This document shows, piece after piece, positions 56,507-64,000 of a DNA stretch of 64,000 bases. The stretch is from a virus, in IMG/VR virus record IMGVR_UViG_3300033155_001835, positions 2,603 to 66,602 of that record; one strand, written 5' to 3'. Under the pieces are notes generated by a model. The model had not been told where the DNA came from and did no database searches. It saw only the letters and a list, made by a program, of their open reading frames with translations. The position numbers were made by a program, and so were the translations under genes. Every line of letters begins with the position of its first letter. Within the stretch, counting starts at the first letter, position 1.

Positions 56507-59149
56507 TTGAGTGACAAACTAAGAACCACATTCCCAATTTCCGTAACCTTCACCGAAGGTGAGCTACCTTCTTCAGCCAAAATGAATGGACTGGCAAGGC
56601 AAGCAAAAAATGGTTTGGGTATTATAGAATATGTTGTTGGTGATGTATGGAACCAGGCTGGAGATCCTATCATTGGTTCTGATGCTGATGCAATGTTAAT
56701 GATTCCTAGTCTTGGAAGGTATGCAGGTCCAACTCGCTACACTAATCCACGCATTCCTTACTTGCCTGATATTGAGGAATATACATACGTTGCAGGTCTT
56801 GCAGACAATGGTAAGTTTTGGTTTCGTTTACCATACCCACCAGCAGGTAGTACTACTTATTCATGGTCTAATGGTAACAATGCTGTTCCAGAAATTCATT
56901 TGGGAGATGTGACTAGCGCTGGCAAATGGTTTATAAATGTCGATGCGGGAGGGCAAATTTGGACTTACCTTCCTTTGACCACAGGAGATCGTCTTACATA
57001 CAAGCCAAACATAGCAGGAGACTTAGGGGCTGCAACTTGGAATGTAATTCCAGATCCAGATACTGATTCCGGTTATGGTTTTCGTGGTGTGAAGCTTGTA
57101 TACAAAAATGGTTTAGATGATTCTGAAGGTTATGAAGTTTATTTACCACCTAGACAACCATTAAATACAAGACGTATTAACAACTCTCCTCAAGACCTTG
57201 TACATAGTGGTCACTCTTATAATATCTCTACAACGCCAGCTTCTGAACGTCTTGTTTGGCAAGCTGATAGTGTAGATGGCGAAACTGGCACAAATGCTGA
57301 ACATTACAGATATACATTACCAACGATTGTAACTAACAATTGGAGTTCTGGTTCTAATATTCCAGCTGGATTAGTATATTTGTGGGATCCATACACGTCT
57401 GAGACGATTATAGATGGTCTTGCCTTTGCGGCGGAAGCAGCAGGTACTCCTCGCAAATGGATGTTGATGGTAGTTGGTGCGAACCTTAGTACTTGGATTG
57501 CTGGTGCTGGGTCAACAGCTTATCCTGAAGCTCGTTTAAAAAGTCCTGCGAATGGTGGTACCAGTGATAGTCATGCAGCTTCTCATTATCCTAACGATGG
57601 TCTTCGTCTCATAACTGTCGGTAGTGATTTGTCTTCCGTCGTTTCATCTTTGCAAACAACGTTACTTAATCATTCCCATGCAGCTACAGGATCGGTTGTT
57701 AATCATACTATTTTAGGAGATGTTTTTGATAAGACTTATTGGCCTTATTTTTATCCTTCTCCATGGATGTTTGATGATCATCCACAATATTTACATAGAC
57801 ATGGTACAGGTATGCATAGTGGTGATTATCGTGATGAGAATCATGGTGCAATGCTTGGCGATCTTCTTATGGGAGCTACCTCGCCCTGGGCTGGTCATAA
57901 TACATTAGTAGCTGATTCTTTTGGTATTATTTTTGGAGAAGATAACAATGGAGCTAAGCTTTACTTTGACTGGTCTGCTACATCTCTTGCTGTAGAACTT
58001 AATAGTAGTGTTCCTTCCTTTCGTATTCAAAGTAATGTGACTGGTTCATATATGAACATGGCACCAAGTCATGCTGATCAGGCTTTCTTTTTTGAATCTA
58101 CTGGTGATATCTATTTTGATTCTCCATACAAGATTGTTCACACTACAGCAGATGCCGCGCTTGGTCGTCACGAAACACGTACACCTGATGGTAGTCATGC
58201 GACTTTGCAAACTGGTGGTGGCATTAGTCTTGCTTACTTGAGCCATCTTTCTTTACTTAATCCTGCTGGCAATTTCGACAACAACCTTGCTGCCGAACCT
58301 ATCATTGATGGACAGAATGTTATCTTCGGCATGATGGGTGATGGTGATGGTAACTGGGGCGGTTGGGCTGAACCTATTGGTATGCAGGTCACACGTGTTA
58401 CTACCAGATCTCCAGAGAGAACAAGTGAACATAGAATTGATTTTGGTAATGTAAATAGTACTGGTCTTTTGTTCCCAGCTTCTGATCCAGCAATGTCGTT
58501 AAAGGTTGATGTTAATGGCGCTGACACAGCTAGCGCAGGTGTAACATTAGGTAATGCTTATGCTAATTATTATACTCAGTCACATTCAAGATGGATTGTT
58601 GTAGGACTTATGAATCCAGCCGGTGGAGATGCTAGTAATACATATGCTGAAGATGAGTTAGACCTTAGCGGTGGATGGGCTAACTATCTAGGTATGGAAC
58701 AGGGAGAAGAAGGTTGGTGGGAAGGCAATGTTGTTGGTCAGGATTATTACATTAGATTTACAGCAACTGATCTTCCTGATGGCTGTATCATCAGCCAAAT
58801 CGCTGTACGCTGGGTACACTACCATGAAGATGCATGTCAGTTGTTGCTTTCTAAAGAGTCTGTCTATGCAGCTAAAAGCGCAACAGGCGGTACTCCATTA
58901 CATAGTGGCATATTAGAACCAGGTGCTGACCATACAACTGGCGCTGGGAACTGGGATGAAAGTACTTCAATTTTCAATGCAACGGATTTGGATGCTTCAG
59001 AGGCTGTGCGTACTATCGATAACTCACATGAATATTTGGCTTTTAGATTTACCTCACAAGCATCTGCTAGTCAACCATGGCAGATTAAGCCTGTTGTAAC
59101 TATGGAAATTACACATAACACTGCTTCTAAGTGGCCTGTTGTAGATTAA
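56507..59149 (+). CDS. Putative tail fibre / receptor-binding protein
   Basis: FTEGELPSSAKMN N-terminus; HSH and DDHPQYLHR fibre-type motifs; beta-rich C-terminus. Confidence 0.6.
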   Translation: MSDKLRTTFPISVTFTEGELPSSAKMNGLARQAKNGLGIIEYVVGDVWNQAGDPIIGSDADAMLMIPSLGRYAGPTRYTNPRIPYLPDIEEYTYVAGLADNGKFWFRLPYPPAGSTTYSWSNGNNAVPEIHLGDVTSAGKWFINVDAGGQIWTYLPLTTGDRLTYKPNIAGDLGAATWNVIPDPDTDSGYGFRGVKLVYKNGLDDSEGYEVYLPPRQPLNTRRINNSPQDLVHSGHSYNISTTPASERLVWQADSVDGETGTNAEHYRYTLPTIVTNNWSSGSNIPAGLVYLWDPYTSETIIDGLAFAAEAAGTPRKWMLMVVGANLSTWIAGAGSTAYPEARLKSPANGGTSDSHAASHYPNDGLRLITVGSDLSSVVSSLQTTLLNHSHAATGSVVNHTILGDVFDKTYWPYFYPSPWMFDDHPQYLHRHGTGMHSGDYRDENHGAMLGDLLMGATSPWAGHNTLVADSFGIIFGEDNNGAKLYFDWSATSLAVELNSSVPSFRIQSNVTGSYMNMAPSHADQAFFFESTGDIYFDSPYKIVHTTADAALGRHETRTPDGSHATLQTGGGISLAYLSHLSLLNPAGNFDNNLAAEPIIDGQNVIFGMMGDGDGNWGGWAEPIGMQVTRVTTRSPERTSEHRIDFGNVNSTGLLFPASDPAMSLKVDVNGADTASAGVTLGNAYANYYTQSHSRWIVVGLMNPAGGDASNTYAEDELDLSGGWANYLGMEQGEEGWWEGNVVGQDYYIRFTATDLPDGCIISQIAVRWVHYHEDACQLLLSKESVYAAKSATGGTPLHSGILEPGADHTTGAGNWDESTSIFNATDLDASEAVRTIDNSHEYLAFRFTSQASASQPWQIKPVVTMEITHNTASKWPVVD

Positions 59150-59157
59150 GGTAAATT

Positions 59158-61449
59158 ATGACTCTAGCTTCTCAAGGTTTTCAAACACAAGTTAGTTCGG
59201 TTCCGTTTTCAACGGACATACCTACTCGTGTAAACATTAAGAAGAGGAGAGAGATTGTTACTTACAGAACGTTGAGTAATAGAGACAACATCAATATTGC
59301 ATATCTGATTGGACAAGAAATAACACCTAGTAACAATTTGTTTGTATCAGACAGAAGCACTTCTCTTACACAGAATCGTATTCCTAGCACACAAGATGTC
59401 ACAGTAGCTGTTACAAAGGTGCTTAACCTTAACGTAGATAAGTTTCTTGTTACAGATCAGTTTACAACAGAAACGGCTACCAAGCCCGAGGTGCCTCTTT
59501 TCTATACACATACGCTTGAAAACTTCAATGAAAATGTAGATGACTTCAATGAGTTAACCCTGCTTTCTATTGAGTTTGCCGATGAGACTCTTCAGCCTAT
59601 TAGTTTTACCGAATACCTTTTGGAACCTGCTACTGGCCTTCTCTACAATAATATTGAAAACTCATACAATGATGCAGATGGGTCTTTCGATGTGACGTTC
59701 GTTAAATATACAGTGAAGCAAGTTGTTGGTAGTGAAACAACAATTTCTATCTATCACGAACTAGTAAGTAATACTCCAATTTATAGTCTTGCTGATTTCG
59801 ATGATGTTGATATCTCTGGTAATATTCTTGCTGGTCGAAAGAAGTACTTGGTTGAAGAGCTTCCTGGTAGACAATACTTTGTTATCACGTTGCCTATAAC
59901 TGACAGGTATGCTTACAAAGAAACACCTGAGTCGCGCATCAAGGTTCTCAACCCTACAGCTATTGATACTGATGCACCTTGGAATTTGCGTGTCAGCAAT
60001 GGTGAGTTTGTTACTTCGTTACGTAAGACAGAAACTTCATCTGTCAACCATAAGTATCACATTCCTGAGTTTAACAGTCAGACTTTCTTCCCTTACCCTC
60101 CTTACAAACTACAGGTGGAACAGAAGGCTACCTGGCTATATGACACCTTAATCAAGGTGCCTAAGAATGTTGCTTACAATGAACCACTTGACTTACATAT
60201 CGACATCATTGTTATCGATGTAGATAATGAAGTGAAGTATGCCTACAGTACCAACAGCGCTAAACAGGGCATTCTCTATCAAGGATCCACTAGATATACA
60301 GATGGTGTCTTGAGTGTAGATGCTCTGGGTGGTTTTATTGAACTTACAGATAAGGTTCGTGATGATGACGAAATTCTTGTTTCCTATTACACAGAAGAGA
60401 ACGAATACGAATTTACCACTATTGATTTCAATCCAGTCAACAATTTGGACATTCTTAATCAACGTGTCATTCTTTATGTCAATCCAGAAGTGGTTGGTAT
60501 CACTGGTGCTCTAGATAGAACTCTGTATTACTTGATAGTCAATTCTCTAGGTGAGATTACATACTCTAGTCAGGTTGCAGAACATCTTGGTAGTATTTTA
60601 GATCCTGCTACAGCCAAGATGGTTTCTGAAGACTTCAATGCTGATGGTACTCCTAGTCGTACCTTCTACTATGATGTACCTACCGAGGAAGCTGCCTCTG
60701 GAGTTCATGTCCGCGTGACCAGTGGTATTCTTACAGACCAGCTTGAAAGCTTTTCGTTTGTCGATAAGTACACTGTTGAAAGTGTATTGTTAGCTTCTAC
60801 CATCTTCCCATCTGGTGCAGCTGGTTTGAACTATCAAGAAAACCCACGCTACTTGGTGCTTGCTGATGTATATGTAGGTGAGTCTGAGACTCCAGATGGT
60901 CTGTCCCGCCTTGATGTCAGAGTACAGGGTGGCGGTATCAAGAATGAGTATGTCGAAACAGCTATGCAACAAAACGCTGAGGTTGCCTGGTATAACGATT
61001 TTAATGCTCGCAGACCATATCCTGGTGCTGGTGCATTCATGGCTGAACTACCTCAGACGTTACTCACAGAGCATGGTGGTACTTTTACCCAAGACCAGCT
61101 TAATGATATCGTCGGTAGACACATGAAAATGGGTGGTTATCCTATTGTCAAGACTTACGGTATTGATCCAACCATTACAGAGGAGACAGTAGGTTCTGGA
61201 TATGTTACAGTGAATTGGCCAAGTTATGGCTCTGCTGTAACATACAATGTTTATATTTCGACTTCACTTAATGTTGGTTTGATCGCAGACAATAACGCTC
61301 CAATTGCCGATGTTGCTTCTGGCAATCAATACACAGCGAGCGGCTTAACTCCTTCTACCAAATACTACCTTAAGGTAGGAGGCATAGATGATGACGATGA
61401 ATCGTTCGGTCCAGTTGTGTCAGCTACAACTACTGCCGTAGTCGCATAA
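59158..61449 (+). CDS. Virion structural protein with C-terminal FN3-like domain
   Basis: DVRVQGGGI; VTVNW..YNVY..SGLTPSTKYYLKV FN3 signature. Confidence 0.7.
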   Translation: MTLASQGFQTQVSSVPFSTDIPTRVNIKKRREIVTYRTLSNRDNINIAYLIGQEITPSNNLFVSDRSTSLTQNRIPSTQDVTVAVTKVLNLNVDKFLVTDQFTTETATKPEVPLFYTHTLENFNENVDDFNELTLLSIEFADETLQPISFTEYLLEPATGLLYNNIENSYNDADGSFDVTFVKYTVKQVVGSETTISIYHELVSNTPIYSLADFDDVDISGNILAGRKKYLVEELPGRQYFVITLPITDRYAYKETPESRIKVLNPTAIDTDAPWNLRVSNGEFVTSLRKTETSSVNHKYHIPEFNSQTFFPYPPYKLQVEQKATWLYDTLIKVPKNVAYNEPLDLHIDIIVIDVDNEVKYAYSTNSAKQGILYQGSTRYTDGVLSVDALGGFIELTDKVRDDDEILVSYYTEENEYEFTTIDFNPVNNLDILNQRVILYVNPEVVGITGALDRTLYYLIVNSLGEITYSSQVAEHLGSILDPATAKMVSEDFNADGTPSRTFYYDVPTEEAASGVHVRVTSGILTDQLESFSFVDKYTVESVLLASTIFPSGAAGLNYQENPRYLVLADVYVGESETPDGLSRLDVRVQGGGIKNEYVETAMQQNAEVAWYNDFNARRPYPGAGAFMAELPQTLLTEHGGTFTQDQLNDIVGRHMKMGGYPIVKTYGIDPTITEETVGSGYVTVNWPSYGSAVTYNVYISTSLNVGLIADNNAPIADVASGNQYTASGLTPSTKYYLKVGGIDDDDESFGPVVSATTTAVVA

Positions 61450-61460
61450 GGAGTTACAGA

Positions 61461-62006
61461 ATGAGTGTTAGCATAATTTGGTCCTTAACAAACGGAGGAG
61501 ACGCTATAGGAGCTGTAGTCGATCTTGGCAACAGCCCTAATGGTGCTAACTCAGGCGACCAAGAAATCTTTGTTCGTCATGATGCTGTCAACGAGATCAC
61601 TAGTGTTGGTCTTTTCATGCGTGCATACTCTGGTCCATATGGTGGAGGAGCTACAGCTATTGCTGATGAAGCTGAGCTGATTAGTTGGGGAGACGATAGT
61701 ACAGCAGCAGGCTTTGGTGGCTTCCAAGCAAATCTACTTGCTACTACTGCATACCCATCTAGTGCTTGGCCTGTCTACAGTAGCAAGAGCCCCACAGGTG
61801 GTTTTGTCCACAGAACAGGAGTGGGCGATAGTGAAGGTAATGCTTTCACTCTTCCAACCACCACAGGTGCTGACATTGCAGGAGAGCTTCAGGCTGGATC
61901 TTCTCCTAATGTACGTTTTAAAGTACGTTGCCAAATCCCTGCCGATGAAGACACAGCTGGTGTTCGTCAGTGGGATCATGTACTTGCTTTTTCATTTACT
62001 AGCTAG
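61461..62006 (+). CDS. Hypothetical virion protein (beta-rich)
   Basis: AAGGAG RBS; 181 aa. Confidence 0.7.
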   Translation: MSVSIIWSLTNGGDAIGAVVDLGNSPNGANSGDQEIFVRHDAVNEITSVGLFMRAYSGPYGGGATAIADEAELISWGDDSTAAGFGGFQANLLATTAYPSSAWPVYSSKSPTGGFVHRTGVGDSEGNAFTLPTTTGADIAGELQAGSSPNVRFKVRCQIPADEDTAGVRQWDHVLAFSFTS

Positions 62007-62015
62007 GAGAAAAAC

Positions 62016-62465
62016 ATGGATGCAAGAGGCGAAGATCGTTGGGTCAAATACTATGCAGACCTAAGTGTGATGGTTGGTACTGATGCAGAGATAGCAGCTA
62101 AAACTGCTAGTTGGCGTAACACTCAATTAACTGATATGGTTGGTGCAGCTATCTACAAGGATAGTTACAAGTGTGAAATTCGTGGTGCAGGTGAGTACTG
62201 GCAATCAGATCAGATGGAATCTGTTTTCCCAGTATCTGGAGCAAGTGTGGTTAAGCGTAGAATCATGCGTTTGATTACTTCAGACGATACTCATTTCCGT
62301 GTAGCTGTCGGCATAGATACTGCCAGGGTTGAATTCAATAGCGGTATGTTTGAGGGTGGTATCTTTTTCCCTGTCAACAAAAACCTTCATGATAGATGGT
62401 TGGTTTTGGAATACGATGTACGCAGCAAGACCGCTAGATATTACTTCAAGGATCACAGAGTGTAA
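62016..62465 (+). CDS. Hypothetical protein
   Basis: AGGAG RBS; 149 aa. Confidence 0.7.
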   Translation: MDARGEDRWVKYYADLSVMVGTDAEIAAKTASWRNTQLTDMVGAAIYKDSYKCEIRGAGEYWQSDQMESVFPVSGASVVKRRIMRLITSDDTHFRVAVGIDTARVEFNSGMFEGGIFFPVNKNLHDRWLVLEYDVRSKTARYYFKDHRV

Positions 62466-64000
62466 TGAGTCAATCATATTTGGACAAGTTTAGAAGTGCG
62501 TTGCCATTAAGGCAGGGTAATCAGATCCTTAAGCTATTAATTAGCAAGAAGGATTCTGGTGAAATTCGTACTGTTGATGAGTTCAAAATCCAGTTGCAGA
62601 AATTAACTGCAGAGATTTTAGCAGAACGTATTACTCCTACACTCAAACTATTCGATGCTGTTGCAGGTATTGACACCAGCTCTGCACAGTTCAACGAAAT
62701 GCTGGATAGAATTCAAGATGATCTAGAAACAGCATTTGCAGAAGCAGATAACATTGATGAGATTGTTGCAGCCCATCACCAATTGGTTAATGGCGTAGCT
62801 CTCAAGGCACTTCGTTTTGGTGTCAATGAGCTTGAATCTAAAATCAGTCTGTATGAGTTCCTTAATAGAAGCAAGAAGGGTTTTGATGACGCACTGTTTA
62901 ATACCTTTCGTGAGTCACTTAACCTTATCACTTCACGGTCTGACACCGCAGCTAGTCTGGTATTTGTAGACCCAAAGAAGCATGACACGATTTTTTCAGA
63001 TGAGGATGCACAACTGGACCTCATTGGAGAGCGTCTTATCCTGGGTGCAGATCAGAACAACTATCTATCAATTCAGAAAGCTGTATGGCTTTCGAATACG
63101 AATAGTATTCGTAGTGAATTAGATGCTACATTCAGAAACTCAAAGACCTCCAACATTGTAGACAACACCAACAACACCTTCTGGGTCGTGCCTATTCTTC
63201 TAAGCTCTATCCGTACCAGTGGTGTACCTATGGAAGTCAATCTACAACTACCAGCAGCTCAAGATGTCAACTTCATTGAAATTGAACCTGCTACAAGCTT
63301 CCCTATGGTACTGACAGGTGTCGATTATTACGATACCAGCAATACACGACAGTCAGCTGGTACCTCTGCTGTTACTCTCACAGGCCCTACAAGGATCAAT
63401 TTTAGACGTATTACGACTAGCAATTTGATACTTAGATTCTGTCAGGATAACTATCAAGAGGTACAGTTTGTACAGAAAGTAGGAGAGTCTAACTTTCATA
63501 AGGCTGTACTAGGTGAGTCTTCCAGTACAGTTGATATGAATTCTGTTAGTGAAGATTTGCAAGAGATGCTAACCTCAGATTTTATTCTTTCTACTGTAAT
63601 GAATGTACCTACTACCTCGGGAGACCAAAAGAAGTATTATGAATACCAACTTGGGTTTGATAATATCCGTGCAGGCTTTGCTACATTCAATGAACGTAGT
63701 ATTCACGTAAGTGAGAAAAAAACGATTAAGAAGCCTGGTCAGGTTTCTATCCGTGTACAAGAAACCCGCCCGACGCAAGCTACTGACTCATTTGATGTAG
63801 TGTTAGGAGACTATAATTATCCTCCAGGTTCAACTGTAGAGAATGCAAAGTTCCACCATGGTGTTGTTGAGTACTGGTTAGTTATGCAGTCTTACACACA
63901 GGATGACTTTTTAATTGCTACTGATACGATTCCTCTTTTTCCATTAGGGGCTACTCGTGTACATCATGAGCAGGTTTATTTTGAAGATAGTACAGATGGG
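62465..64000 (+). CDS. 3'-truncated large structural protein
   Basis: TAATG-coupled ATG 62465 (MSQSYLDKFRSALPLRQGNQILKLL...). Appears open to the window end, which would explain its absence from the track. Helical N-terminus, then beta-rich. Confidence 0.75.
   Translation, partial: MSQSYLDKFRSALPLRQGNQILKLLISKKDSGEIRTVDEFKIQLQKLTAEILAERITPTLKLFDAVAGIDTSSAQFNEMLDRIQDDLETAFAEADNIDEIVAAHHQLVNGVALKALRFGVNELESKISLYEFLNRSKKGFDDALFNTFRESLNLITSRSDTAASLVFVDPKKHDTIFSDEDAQLDLIGERLILGADQNNYLSIQKAVWLSNTNSIRSELDATFRNSKTSNIVDNTNNTFWVVPILLSSIRTSGVPMEVNLQLPAAQDVNFIEIEPATSFPMVLTGVDYYDTSNTRQSAGTSAVTLTGPTRINFRRITTSNLILRFCQDNYQEVQFVQKVGESNFHKAVLGESSSTVDMNSVSEDLQEMLTSDFILSTVMNVPTTSGDQKKYYEYQLGFDNIRAGFATFNERSIHVSEKKTIKKPGQVSIRVQETRPTQATDSFDVVLGDYNYPPGSTVENAKFHHGVVEYWLVMQSYTQDDFLIATDTIPLFPLGATRVHHEQVYFEDSTDG

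Noticed and set aside
1742-63778. Minus-strand and alternative-frame ORFs in the track
   Set aside because: They overlap long, motif-bearing + strand genes, show no recognisable motifs, and look like shadow ORFs.
1-64000. Stop-codon reassignment, tRNAs, introns or inteins
   Set aside because: Genes are full length in the standard code with TAA, TAG and TGA all used as stops. Intergenic gaps are mostly too short for RNA genes, and no intein motifs were seen in TerL or portal.

Overview
This window is the morphogenesis region of a large tailed dsDNA phage (contractile-tailed Caudoviricetes). Genes are densely packed, all on the + strand, in the standard genetic code, with AGGAG-type ribosome-binding sites. 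The order is: small-ORF array, putative TerS, polyvalent protein, three Gly/Ala-rich proteins, TerL, portal-MuF fusion, prohead protease/scaffold, decoration protein, HK97-fold major capsid protein, neck proteins, sheath, three tube paralogs, chaperones, two large tape-measure-position proteins, baseplate hub, baseplate wedge and appendage genes (open at the right edge). The most striking observation is at 1-2224. There, an array of tiny, translationally coupled ORFs shares a Q-[LTM]-E-[FL]-x-F-[VI] tag resembling a sliding-clamp-binding motif. Most of them also carry a short peptide copied from one of this phage's own virion proteins (major capsid, decoration, portal, prohead protease, tail tube, possibly hub). 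This suggests an undescribed tagged decoy/mimic system. Two other highlights are a 1514-aa protein at the tape-measure position with two-barrel RNA polymerase motifs (K..KG, RxP, DVDGD) and a roughly 1000-aa polyvalent protein (zincin, ADP-ribosyltransferase-like, Ser/Thr kinase, zincin) whose domains are separated by a repeated TxFGSx[YW] linker. All assignments come from motif reading and by-eye alignment; no database searches were run.
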